DNA from: Azolla caroliniana
Lineage: Eukaryota > Plantae > Polypodiophyta
Length of the DNA: 64,000 nucleotides
Direction: 5' to 3'
Assembly: GCA_043228905.1 (NCBI GenBank)
Contig: JBHGNT010000002.1
Location: forward strand, 18,414,001 to 18,478,000
Part shown: piece by piece, positions 38,125-51,936 of the stretch
How positions within the stretch are numbered: the stretch's first letter is position 1
Layout: each line of letters begins with the position of its first letter
The notes under the pieces: model-generated
Databases searched by the model: none
Told to the model about the DNA's origin: nothing
The model's input: only the letters and a program-made list of their open reading frames with translations
Translations under genes and position numbers: made by a program

Positions 38125-41100
38125 AGAGCTAGAGACTTTGTGGGAATATATTGATGAGAATCTGGCAAACGGATTCATTCGGCATTCTAGATCCCCTACT
38201 GGTGCACCTATCTTCTTTGTTAAGAAGAAGAATGAGACTCTTCGGTTGGTCGTGGATTATCGAGGGCTAAACAAAGTGACTATCCAGAATAGATATGCTC
38301 TACCATTAATCCTGAATCTTTTGGAACGTCTCAGTGGTGCAAAATATTTCACGAAGTTGGACCTTCGTGGAGCATATAATCTAGTTCGGATTCGCCCGGG
38401 GGATGAATGGAAGACAACTTTCCGCACTCGCTATGGACATTTTGAGTATACAGTGATGCCATTCGGTCTCACGAATGCACCTGCTGTTTTCCAACATATG
38501 GCGAACGATATTTTTTGAGATTTTCTTGATATCTTCACTATAGTTTACCTAGATGATATTTTAATCTACTCAAAGACCCAAGAGGAGCATGAGGAACATG
38601 TTTGTCAGGTACTGTGTCGACTCCGAGAATATGGTCTCTACGCAAAATTAGAAAAGTGTAGTTTCGGCCAGAATCAAGTGGAATTTTTGGGGTATGTTGT
38701 ATTGTCAAATGGTATTGCTATGGACCCCATGAAGGTACAAGCAATTTTAGAGTGGCAAACGCCCTTTTCAGTGCGTGGTGTGCAATGTTTTCTCGGGTTT
38801 GCAAATTTTTATCGAAAATTTATTAAAGATTATTCCAAGGTTGTGCTTCCGCTTACTCAGCTCACACATAAAGCTCAACCATTTATATGGGGTTTAGATG
38901 CAGCCGAGGCATTCGAAAGCTTAAAACGAGCATTTACAATGACACCTATCTTAGCACATGTCGACCCAACAAAACGCTTCATCCTCGAAGCCGATGCATC
39001 CGATTTTGCACTAGGGAGTGTCCTCTCGTAGACTGGAGATGATGGACAGCTACACCCTTTCACCTTTCATTCACGAAAGTTTGAAGTTGTAGAGATCAAC
39101 TACGAGATCTATGACAAAGAGCTTCTTGCAATCGTGGATTCATTTCAACAATGGCGACATTTCCTAGAAGGTTCTTCTTAGCAGATCATTGTCTACAATG
39201 ATCATAAGAACTTGACTTATTTCCAAAATGCTCGAGTCTTGAGTCGGCTACAAGCCCGATGGGCGCAATTTTTGACTCACTTCGACTTTATCATCATATA
39301 TCGCCCTGGGATGCAACAAGGCAAAGCAGATGCTCTTTCTCGGCGCTCTTATATGGAACTTCATCTAGGGGAACTTGCATTTGAGCATCAAAAACAAATC
39401 CTTTTGGGTCCTAATCGATTATGATTAATGGTAGTTAACGCCATAACAACTCTTGAAAATTCCACTCTTCTTGATTCCATTCGAGATCATATGGCCACTG
39501 ATGATTTCGCCAAGGATGTTTTGGATCATATCGTCCTGGATCGTGCTTCTTGCCCACGGTCGAAAAATCCTCGTAATGACTATTGTCAGTTCTATTGGGA
39601 TAGTGGTTTTCTATTTCGACAAAATTTATTGTATGTTCCTGATGGTCCCCCACAGCTACAAGTTTTGCAACATTGCCATGTCTCACCAATGGCTGGTCAT
39701 TTTGGAGTTCACAAGACTCTAGAATTAATTTCTCGACGCTATTGGTGGCCTCACCTTCGTCATTTTGTTGAGGAGTATGTTTGGAGCTGTGATATATGTT
39801 GTCGATCAAAGAATCCTCGTCACCGACCCTATGGCTTACTACAACCACTTCCCATTCCGGAAACTCCTTGGAATTCTATATCCTTGGACTTCATTACTGA
39901 TCTCTGAGTTTCAAAAGGTTTTGATGCAATTCTCACAGTGGTTGATTGATTTGCCAAAAGGGCACATTTCTTGCCATGTACAAAGTCGATTACTAGCCAA
40001 GAGGCGACTGATCTCGTTATGCGGGAGGTATTTAAGCATCATGGTCTGCTTGATGATATTATTAGTGATCGTGGTCCACAATTCATCTCAAAGTTTTGGA
40101 AGCAAATGTTCAAACTTCTCCACATTTCAGTTAAGCTTTCTTTGGGCTATCATCCTGAAACAAATGGCCAAATAAAGTGTACCAACCAGACATTGGAACA
40201 ATATCTTCGTTGTTTCATCAACTATCAACAAGATGATTGGGTTGATTTTTTGCACTTGGCGAAATTCGCTTACAACAACTCAACCCATTCTTCTACAGGA
40301 TATTCCCCATTTTTCGCAAATATAGGATGTTATCCTCGGTGGACGATGAATGCGCATCCAGAAGTTCCTACCAACCCTGCTGCCGAGGATCGTCTTAGTC
40401 GCCTCCAAGAAATTCAAGCTAACATTTTCCACAATTTGCACGATGCTCAATTTACACACAAGAGGCTTGCCGATCGTCATCGTCTAGACTCCTCAAAAAA
40501 GTTCCGCATTGGGGATCATGTATGGCTTCTCCAAGACAACATCAAGACCACTCGTCCTTGCAGTAAATTGGATTACCAACGTTTTGGCCCTTACATGATC
40601 ACTGGTAAGATAAGTGATGTTGCATTTCGTCTTGACCTCCCTCCACACATGCATCTTCATCCGGTGTTTCATGTATCTCTTTTGGAACCTTATACTACAA
40701 GTTCAATTCCGGGCCGTCTTACGACACCCCTCCCACCTGTCGAGTTCTTGGACGGGCCTGAATTTGAAGTTGCTGCCGTTCTCGATTCTAAAATCGTGCG
40801 CAACAAGTTGTATTACTTAGTCGATTGGCTAGGCTATACCCCTAATGATCGAATTTGGGAACTTGCCGCAAATCTTTTCAATGCTGCAGAACTCATCAAT
40901 GCATTTCATCACCAATATCCTTGTAAACCAGGTCCTAATACAAACCCTACGACCTGTGAGACGTGTCGTCGAAGAAGGGGGATAGTGTCACGATAACACT
41001 CACATCATGCATCGAAAGGATCATGACACTCACATTACGACTCGAAAAGATTTGAACCCACAAACTTATTGTACACATGTCAAATCCTTAACCATTGTAT

Positions 41101-41456
41101 TAATATTCTTATATGTATAGTCTCTAGAATATGAAATCTAATATCATAGGAATATTCTATATTACTCTACATTCTAGAATGACCTAGAATATTCTAGAGT
41201 GTTCTATACCACTAGAACCTTCTGGAATACTCTAGAGATCTTCTAGATTACTCTACATTCTAGGATAACCTAGAATATTCTAGAGTGTTCTCTATTACTT
41301 ATAAATAGGGATCTACCACCCATCCCAAACCTAAATTGGTTCAACGCCATTTTGTAGCTTACTCTTTGTAATCCATTTTACGCTTCAATATAATAATTCT
41401 CTTTCAATTATCTCTCTATCTCTTTTTCTCTCTCTTTCTCTCTCTCAGTCTTGACA
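38125..41456 (+). mobile_element. Chromovirus: RT-RNase H-integrase-chromodomain and 3' LTR (40986-41456); 5' part lost
   Basis: [43 protein letters not shown] and EFEVAAVLDS...YLVDWLGY motifs; PPT AGAAGGGGGATAG; LTR TGTCA...TGACA with TCTAGA repeats. Confidence 0.92.
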
Positions 41457-42059
41457 CATACATACATAAATACCATTATGCATATATGTATGCACATATG
41501 TACATTAACACATGGACATACATATATTCATTTATACATTGCTACATATACATACACATACATACATTAGATATTTACATAGATATTATGCACATGTTAC
41601 AATCACACATCCATACACATTGAATCATGTACATTGACATACATATGTAAGTACATACATACACACTGACGAACATACATGCATACATTACATATGCATA
41701 CACACATGTACATTCATATATGGACATACATATATTGATGCACGTATATACACACATATGCCTACAATGATACACATATAAATTTTACAAACACACATCA
41801 TTCCTTGAAAATATGCATAGAAAAATACATGTGCATACATATATATACACATGTACATTGTTACACGTATATACATACACATACCTTCCATGATACATGT
41901 ATAAATATTACAAACTTACATCCATACATCCATCCATTTGTACATACATACATACATACATACATACATAGACACAAGCACAAAACACATACCTTACATA
42001 CTCACATGCCATACACACAATATGTACATACATACAATATATACAATACAATACAATAT

Positions 42060-42121
<62 letters not shown>

Positions 42122-42320
42122 ACACATGTACATACAATACATACAATCGACGCTAATTGTTCGAAAAAACAGGGGAAGAAAGGGGGGAAGATTACAAATT
42201 TACATATGTAGATGTGTGTTATGTTTTGGCAAAAAGTTAGGGGGAAAAGGAAGGAAGGGGGCAGAGGGAGACAGACAGACAGATAGAGAGAAGAAGAAGA
42301 AGAAGAAGAAGAAGACTTGA
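41457..42320. repeat. CATA/CA low-complexity region with (CA)n and (AAG)n
   Basis: Visible simple repeats; a similar CATA tract lies at 45230-45400. Confidence 0.85.
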
Positions 42321-43038
42321 CTGATTAAGACGAGGCAACAGAAAGAAGAAGAATGGAACAAGCAGGACAGAGATGAAGCCCCCATCACTGGGAGGGATGA
42401 AAGATTCTTCTTCTTCTACCACCACGTTGTTTCCACAATCCTTCCTTATGTTGCACCTATTCTTCTTCTGCCTCAGCATCTACTAAGGCTATGGAGCTCG
42501 ACCTCGATAACGACGACACCACCAACTTCTTCTTTGACTTCATCCCTGATTCTCGACCCCTCGAACCCGATTTCTTCAACTCCTTCGACGATCTTGCCAT
42601 CACTTAGCTTCTTTGGAATGTGACATAACAAAGATTATCAACAAAGGTAACATTGTGAACTTGGACTTAATGTTGAAGCTTAATGGATGTCTAATCAATT
42701 CCAAATGCTACTTAATGTTACACTAATTACAAAATATTCACTATTATTTTTCGAAAGAAGTGTTTATCTCAAGGTTGAGAAATTTGTTCAACATGATGTA
42801 TGTTCTAAGATCTATATGTTTGTGACATTGATGGACATTGTGTAAACTTAAAATTGAAAGACATGTTACTATATGAGATTTTTAGACAAGAACTTAGTAA
42901 GTCAATACCATACAATGATGTGATCATAATTGACCATATCAATGTGGACCCATTAATCTCTAGTTATGTTTAACATAATTTGTATTAGAGATAGATAGAT
43001 AGATAGATTATATTATTGTCTTCGGAGGTCAAATATGA

Positions 43039-43086
<48 letters not shown>

Positions 43087-45605
43087 GCCTTCTAGGGTTT
43101 TTGTTGAGCCTCTTTTAGGGTTCTCTCTCCCATTATGGAGAAAGAGGCAAAATTGGAGCCTGAGGACGAAGGAGGGATTTGGTATGGCCAAGTTTTAAAC
43201 CATGTTCATATGTGTGCATGTGTATTTGCATATGCATGGCTGTGTTTGTATATTTGTGTTTGTATGCATGTATGAACACATGCACACATACATTTGCAAC
43301 ATTCCAAAAAGCTAAAAAATAATTATTATTATTCTTAAAGCTTTAAAATTTACAAAAGATTTAGCTTTTTTTTCACGTATTCTATGCATGGGTAGAATAC
43401 TTAACACAAGTATTCTCTACATATTGTATGCTAAGTATTCTACAACAATTAGTATAAATTTTGGTTGATCTCTTCACAACTAATTGAAGGTTGTAATATG
43501 TTCAGTAGGAACACTCTAGTTGGATGGGAGGAGGCTCTCTTGGTGTGATATAGGTTACCCGTGTGGTGAAATTATAAGGAAGAAAGAAAGATGAAATAAA
43601 CATATTTTAAAGAACGGAATGGTGTAAGATATCTAAAAGGTATCATATTTGAAAAATGTTTGTCTCATCCATGAGTTAAAACCTCCTAGGGAACCAAATT
43701 GATGAAAATCAATGATAAATGATTCCTTAGGAATATGCACAATTCTAAGACAAATTCAAGAGAAGTGCATACCAATCTTGTCTTTAACCTGTCCCATTTC
43801 TCTTTTGGGCAAGTGCGTTGATTGCCTGTAAATTTAGATGTTGCTTTAATTTTACTTTTTAGTTTCAAATCTCTTAGCTAGATGAATTAATTGTGCTATT
43901 TCTTTTGTTCAGGTTCTCCTAATGAATTGTATGCCACAACGGGATCCTAAGTTGTTGCTTTCTCATGTTCTTAAGTTTTGTACTAATGTTGGTTTGTCAA
44001 TTTCCATGTTTCAATGGAATCTCAATTTACAATTGGTTTGGTCTATTCAATGTTGACACTAAATCTTTTATCATTAGGAGTTCCATTTCATCATGCATTA
44101 TTTGCACCTAGCCTTTCATCGTATAGTAATTTGACTATTGACTTGAACTCTCCCAAAAGCAACAATAAAGAGGACTTGTCATCGCAACTTGCAATACAAA
44201 AAAGTGTGGGAAAATATTATCCAAGCACCAAGAGAAGGTAGATTTGTAGTAAGAAATGCAAATGTATTGTATATGAACACATTTGTTTAAGAAGTGTCAC
44301 CTCTGCTACATCAACAAGAAATCCTGATATAACTCAGCAGACATTACGTCCTAAAGACATCCTTTCTAGGCATGATGCATTGAAGAAAGCAAATGATCTC
44401 TTTGGTGGACTATCAAGTAGTGTGTTGCCTTCATTGCCAATTGTCCTCGACCTTCCTTCTCCGTCAATATGCTCGAGAACATTTGGGACTTCAGCTACAA
44501 TTTTTCTCTAATTTCCTTTAGTGTAGTTGGCTTAGTGTTCAATTTATTATCTGAGAAATTGTTTCACCTAGAATTTGACTTATTTTTCATGAAATTTAGG
44601 TGGAAGATGTGATTTGGAAATGCCATCAATCGTATATATAAGAAATTTTATGATACCAACCAATGGATTAGTCTAGAAGATCTAGGAGCATAGATGAATA
44701 GGTGTCTGAAGTGGACACCCTTCATTATGAGATTAATAGCTGAAATCCTCAAAGTAGAGGAGTATATCATCAATGGCTGAAGTGTTGGCAGAGTATGTAT
44801 GGAAATTGGTGATGGATGTAGAATTTTGGATCATAGAGAAAACAAAACTAGGAACATGGTGAATTGGTCTCACCATGAGTATATATTGAGTATGAGGAAA
44901 TCTATTGTCAATTATATACTTCAGGTTTCTGCATTACCTATCATGATTTAATTATCTTAAAAGCACTTGTATTATACAATAAATTGTTAAGGCAATGTCA
45001 AGACTTGATTCTAAAAGAGTAATTTCCTACCCACAATTGGATAAGTTAGAGCAAGATAGACTTGGACTTACAAATATAGAAGAGGTCCTTCAAGTAATGA
45101 CACCATATTTTGCATGATCCCACATGATCTAGATTTTAATACCAAAGTGGTGAGTTGTTGTCTTGAGTGCACATGGGGCAATGTCAAGATCATTGAACAT
45201 ATTACATCCATTAACTTTAGAGATTGCATACGCATAATACATGGATGCATACACACTTGCCATAGATATAAGATATATAACACATACAATACAATACATA
45301 CGTAAATAAACATGGAATACAATATAATACATACATACAATACAATATATACATATGAACATACGCAATACAACACTATGTACATATACACACATGTATA
45401 AAACTTGAATGTGTCTTTTATGTAAGGGCATTTAAAATGAGTTGTTGTCAAAATATATATTGACACTAAGGGGTATTTTTATTAACCAATTTTTTATAAA
45501 AGGGTATCTAAAATAGTCAAAAACATATGTATAAGGGGTTTATAAAAGATGTCGTGAACGCACGTGATATAGCCTCTTTATAAATAGTGGAGCCCCCGGG
45601 GATGT

Positions 45606-45870
45606 TGTCACAAAATGTGAATATCAAGGTTTGAACGTGTGACCTTCAAACAATGGTCTTACAGTTTAACCATTGCACCCTGTACGCCAAGTGGCGCACA
45701 ACATGTATGCCAAATGGAGATCATGCACATTCTAATGTATAGTATATAAGTTGAAGATTTGCTTAGTGTTGAACCATTCCGGTTCAACACCAGTCTTCAA
45801 CAACCTTGTAATCTCGGTTTCCAGTAATAGAAATTCTTGTATTTTTGTCTTGTAAACGTCTTCTCGTTTG
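45606..45870 (+). repeat. Short gypsy-type LTR or LTR fragment
   Basis: TGTCAC start, antisense A/B-box module, TATATAAG, and a GGTTCAACACCAGTCTT motif shared with the 54240-54666 LTR; right end unclear. Confidence 0.5.
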
Positions 45871-46251
45871 TTATTATCTTCTTTTCTTCCAAATCGGCCT
45901 CGTCTTCAAAGCTTGGGTCGTGATGGGCGTCACCAAACTATTGTTGGAGTATGGCTTCGTCCACCTGAGGCCGTTGGCCATGCCAACGAATAGAGTTGGG
46001 TTCATCATCACCACCTATGAAGGATTAAAGTTGGACTAGGGAGTAATTATAGGGGATGCAGTACGAACGACAGTGGCAGTAGTGGTGGACGGCAAGAAGG
46101 TATGGCTGACCGTAGCTCAGTGTCTAACAATCTTAGCACCGCCGCTGCTGACCATTAAGGACAAGAAGAAGAGGAGGGCCGGGGTCACGCCACAAAAATA
46201 AAAACAGTAACAACTTATGGCCCGCTAGGCAACCGATTGGCAAGAAGAATG

Positions 46252-49200
46252 TGTAAGAATTTCACTCTGATTCGAAATCAGAAATTGAACTTAGACGCAA
46301 ACAGGAAATAAGAAAGAACACACAATTTACGTGGAAAACCCTGATTTAGGGAAAAACCACGGAACAGAGATTTCACTATGAGAAATGACAGAATACAATC
46401 ATAGAACAAAGAAACCTGATTTGGTATGAGCATGTACTGAAACCACGATTTCAGTCAAGCTCTTCAAACTCTAGCACGCAGGTGACTATTCCTTCCGAAG
46501 CTTCCGAAGCTTCTCTGTCTTTTTCTCTTTTTGCTTCACACTTCTTTTCTTCTTACTTAGCTTCTGAGTTCGTATACTCTTACACAGCCACTACTGTGCA
46601 GAAAACCAGTCGTTCTCAGATTTACCCAACACCCACTACTCGTTTTCCTCTCATATATATATATCTCACACCCTCACATACGCTATGTAGGTTTTCCCCT
46701 TTTCTCACTATTTCACTCTTAGTGAGTTATCCCACATACAGGCGCACTACTAGGCCTGTCAGCATATATATACTAAGTCGTTTTCTTCTTTGAATGTAGA
46801 AGACATATGTATATGTATATGTGTGTCTATTCGACTGAGTACGAATTTGACTCTCTCACCGAATTTGATTAGCTAACCCCGATTCGGTTCTTCGCAACTG
46901 ACTATTCTTTTACTTTCCGAATTTCGACCAAATTCGGTAATTCGGTTTTTCGGCCGATTTTAGTGATTCGACTCTAATCGGCTTTTCGACCGATTTCGAC
47001 CAATCGACACTCAAGTCGACTTTTCGGCCGACTCCCCCGCAAGGAGGGATGACTTTACACAACAAACTCCCCCTTCACTCCTGTAGGGGGAGAACCAACC
47101 AAGCCAATCTTATTCCGGCATGCAACAAGTTTTTCCATAGGCAAAATTTTTGTGAGCATGTCTGAGCCATTTTCTTCAGTGGGGATCTTAGATAGAACAA
47201 ACTCATTTTCTTCCACTCTTTCTCTTAACCAATGGTACCTTCTTTGAATGTGCTTTGTACGAGAGTGGTAGGTAGCATTTTTAGCCAGATGGATAGCACT
47301 TTGATTGTCACAATGAAGTAAGTACTTGTCTTGCTTCAATCTTAGTTCGTTCAAGAACTCTCTCATCCAAATCAGTTCTTTTCTGGCTTCCACTGCAGCC
47401 ATATACTCAGCCTCGGTGGTAGACAAAGCCACAACCTTTTGCAATCTTGATTGCCATGACACAGCTCCCCCTGAATACGTCATCACATACCCTGATGTGG
47501 ATCGGCTAGAATCTACATCACCCGACATGTCAGAATCTGTAAAACCTTCTAGCACAGGTTTCCCGGAGCCATATCTAAGACATACATTCGAAGTTCCTTT
47601 GAGGTATCTAAGAATCCATTTCACAGCTTCCCAATGCTCTCTTCCAGGATTTCCCATGTATTGACTAACTGTCCCGACAACAAATGCAATGTCCGGCCTT
47701 GTGCAAACCATAGCATACATAAGGCTACCAACCGCAGAGGCATACGACACTCTTCTCATCTCTGCCTTATCTTTCTCAGATTTTGGACATTGTCCTGAAT
47801 TTAACTTACAACCCATTGGCAATGGAGATCCGACCGATTTTGCATCGCACATATTAAACCTTTGCAAAACTTTTGTCACATATTTCTCTTGTGACAGCCA
47901 TAGCAAGTTTTTAGTCCTGTCCCGGACTATATGCATTCCCAAAATCTGTTTTGCCGGTCCTAAGTCTTTCATGGCAAATGATTTGCTCAAGGATTTCTTC
48001 AAGCTTGCAATCCTTTTGACATCCTGTCCAACAACCAACATATCATCCACATACAACAACAGAATAAGAAAGTCACCCTCATTATACCTTTTCACAAATA
48101 CACAATGATCGGCTTGTGTTTTGTGGAATCCATGTTCCAACATGAAGGACTCAAATTTCTTATACCATTGTCGTGGAGCTTGCTTTAAACCATACAAGCT
48201 TTTCTTCAACCTACACACGAGATTTTCTTTTCCTTTTACCTCAAAGCCCTCCGGTTGTTGCATATAGATTTCCTCTTCTAGCTCACCATGCAAGAAGGCT
48301 GTTTTAACATCTAGTTGTTCGATTTCAAGAGTCATACTAGCGGCCATACTCAAGACAGTCCGAATAGAGGTCATTTTTACAACTGGGGCAAAAATCTCAT
48401 CAAAGTCAACACCCCTTTTCTATTGGAAACCCTTTACGACGATACGGGCCTTATACCTGGGTGTACTACCATCTTCACCAGTCTTTAATTTGTAGACCCA
48501 TTTGTTTCTAAGTGCCTTCTTACCATCAGGCAACTCCATCAGCTCATAAGTTAGGTTCTCATGCAAGGAATCCATTTCTTCTTGCATGGCATTATACCAT
48601 TTCTCCTTGTGTACATCAGTCATGGCCTCTTCATAGCATTCTGGTTCCCCTTCATCAGTCAAGAGAACATATTGACTGGCTGGATATCTAGAAGAGACCT
48701 TCCTTTGTCTTCGTGGATATCTTCTCCCTTCAATAATTGGCTGATGGCCGTTTTCTTCCAGCAACTCATCTTCCGACTCCAAATCGTGTGTATCAGTCAG
48801 ATGTTGGGTGTCGACCGACTCAGATTGTTGTTGGGTTTCGACCGACTCAAATTCAATTTCATTAGCCGATTGTTGTGTGTGAGTCGGATCGACTAGTATT
48901 GACTCCATAGCAGTGATCGATTTGGGAGACGACTCTGGTCTTTGTTGCTCCCAGTCCTCGATTGTCTTGTCTTCCATGAATATGACATCTCGACTTCTTA
49001 TCACTTTCTTGTCAAGGAGATCCCACATTCTGTACCCGAACTCGTCTTCCGAGTACCCCAAGAATATACAAGGTTTGGACTTGCTGTCCAGTTTTGACCT
49101 CTGATCTGTAGCAACATGTACATAGGCCAAACATCCGAACACCTTTAAGTGATGATAAGACACATTTCTCCTTGTCCACACTCTTTGTGGTACATCCCCC

Positions 49201-51931
49201 TTCAAAGGCACTGATGGAGACCTGTTTATGCGATAAACAACAGTCAACATTGCTTCAGCCCAATATGATTTTGGCAATTTTGCATGTGCCAACATGCTTC
49301 TTACCCTTTCCATTATGGTCTGATTCATTCTTTCTGCTAGACCATTTAGCTCAGGTGTCTTCGGCACCGTATACTCAAGTTTGATGCCTTGAGTCTTGCA
49401 ATACATCTCAAATTGGCCTCTATATTCGCAACCGTTATCTGTCCGGACAACCTTCAGCTTTTGTCCGGATTCTCTTTCTGCCCTGGCATGAAACTCTTTA
49501 AAGACCGACAACACTTGGTCTTTAGACACCAGCACATAAGCCCACACTTTCCTACTGAAGTCATCAATAAATGTGACAAAGTATTGTCCTCCACGATGAG
49601 ATGGGGCATCAACATAACATACATCGGTGTGAACCAACTCTAAGGCATGCTCTCTCCTCATTGGAGGCCTAGAGTGAAACGCTGTTCTATTTTGCTTTCC
49701 AGCTAGGCAATCCACACACTTTTCCAAATGCACTCCTTTCACCTCTGGTAGGAAATCCTTTTCCGCAAGGATATGCATTCCCCTTTCACTCATATGTCCG
49801 AGCCTTTTATGCCACAACTCACCATCTGAGCCAGCCACTACATTTGCTTCCTCTCGACACAACTTCCCATGCATTACATATAGTGTGTTCTGTTTTTGGG
49901 CTCGAGCCACGATCAGGCTCCCTTTACAGAACTTCCATGAACCATTTTGGAAGCCACCGCTGTACCCTTCATCGTCTAGCCGTCCAGCCGATATCAAGTT
50001 GAACCTGACATCCGGAACATGACGTACATCCTTCAACATTAACCTGCAGCCTGTAGATGTTAGCAAGCACACAGTTCCTATGCCCACAATCTTGCATTCC
50101 CCGTCATTTCCCATCTTTACATGACCATAGTCACCTGCTGTGTAGGATGAGAAACATTCTCTTTTGGGAGTTAGGTGAAATGATGCACCGGAATCCACTA
50201 CCCATGAGCTCTCAGTACTTGCAAGATTCACACTAGCTTGTTCACATATGAACAACATCTCTTCCTCACTAGTTACGATGGCTGAGGTATTTTTATCATC
50301 GGAGATTTTTCTAGGTTCGATCTCATCAGCCATGCCTTTGCCCTTCCTAAGGTGTTGACAATTCTTTTGGAAGTGACCAGGCTTCCCACAATAAAAACAT
50401 GTAGGTCTTCCTCTAGATTTCGACCTAAACCTATCCCCATTTTCTAGACTTCTATGTTCTCTTCTACCTCTACTAAATTCTTGGGTCACATTTGCCTCCG
50501 ATTGAGATAAAGCACTTTTATCCTTTCTTCTTGTCTCTTCATTTAGAATAGTCGTTTTTACTACTTGTAAGGATAAGTTGTCTTCTTTACATGAAGTGCT
50601 GAGTGTTACTATTAGGTTTTCCCAACTATCGGGTAGAGTACATAATAATAGTGTGGCCTGCATACAATCATCTAATGGGAACTTTGATGATGCTAACTGA
50701 TTCACTAGTCCCATAAACACACTAATGTGCTCTACTATACTCTCTCCGTCTACATACTTCAGTCTCACTATCTTCCTCATCAAGAAGGTCTTATTCAAAG
50801 CATTTTTCCTTTCATAGAGAGCGGAAAGCTTATGCCATAGCTCGAAAGCATTTGTGTCACTCGCTACATGTTGTAGGACACTAATGTCTACACATTGTCT
50901 TATGGTCGCCACTGCCTTCCTATTTAGGATTCTCCACTCCGAATCTATTACCCCCTTTGGTATATCCTTGTTTTCTATAGGCTCATACAAGTCTTTTACT
51001 ATTAGGAGATCTTCCATTTTGATCTTCCAATCTGAATAGTTTTGTGAGTTCAAGACAAACATCCCAGGAAAGCCACTCACGCTCCCTTCCATCTAGAACC
51101 TATGCTCTGATACCAGTTTGTAAGAATTTCACTCCGATTCGAAATCAGAAATTGAACTTAGACACAAACAGGAAATAAGAAAGAACACACAATTTACGTG
51201 GAAAACCCTGATTTAGGGAAAAACCACGGAACAGAGCTTTCACTATGAGAAATGACAGAATACAATCATAGAACAAAGAAACCTGATTTGGTATGAGCAT
51301 GTACTGAAACCACGATTTCAGTCAAGCTCTTCAAACTCTAGCACGCAGGTGACTATTCCTTCCGAAGCTTCCGAAGCTTCTCTGTCTTTTTCTCTTTTTG
51401 CTTCACACTTCTTTTCTTCTTACTTAGCTTCTGAGTTCGTATACTCTTACACAGCCACTACTGTGCAGAAAACCAGTCGTTCTCAGATTTACCCAACACC
51501 CACTACTCGTTTTCCTCTCATATATATATATCTCACACCCTCACATACGCTATGTAGGTTTTCCCCTTTTCTCACTATTTCACTCTTAGTGAGTTATCCC
51601 ACATACAGGCGCACTACCAGGCCTGTCAGCATATATATACTAAGTCGTTTTCTTCTTTGAATGTAGAAGACATATGTATATGTATATGTGTGTCTATTCG
51701 ACTGAGTACGAATTTGACTCTCTCACCGAATTTGATTAGCTAACCCCGATTCGGTTCTTCGCAACTGACTATTCTTTTACTTTCCGAATTTCGACCAAAT
51801 TCGGTAATTCGGTTTTTCGGCCGATTTTAGTGATTCGACTCTAATCGGCTTTTCGACCGATTTCGACCAGTCGACACTCAAGTCGACTTTTCGGCCGACT
51901 CCCCCGCAAGGAGGGACGCCTTTACACAACA
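46252..51931 (-). mobile_element. Full-length young Ty1/copia (Tnt1/Tork-like) retrotransposon
   Basis: 813-bp LTRs at 46252-47064 and 51119-51931 with about 7 substitutions by eye; perfect TSD GAATG; PBS TGGTATCAGAGC (iMet) at 51104-51115; PPT GAAGGGGGAG next to 47065. Confidence 0.97.
47055..51092 (-). CDS. Copia gag-pol polyprotein with a single in-frame TAG at 48420-48422
   Basis: CFYCGKPGHFQKNC, VVDSGASFH, HTDV/IDDFS, YKARIVVKGFQ*KRGVDFDEIFAP, LLYVDDML, FTDSD and RTKHI motifs. Confidence 0.92.
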
Positions 51932-51936
51932 GAATG

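Noticed and set aside
41575-42479. His/Thr- and Cys/Val-rich ORFs
   Set aside because: Translations of (CA)n and CATA repeats
46482-46793. Duplicated 103-aa ORF (also 51349-51660); likewise the 67-aa ORF at 30168/34661
   Set aside because: Lie within paired LTRs; identity reflects LTR duplication, not coding constraint
47055-48374. Separate RT gene or programmed readthrough
   Set aside because: The stop falls inside the conserved KGFxQ RT motif, so a point mutation is the simpler explanation
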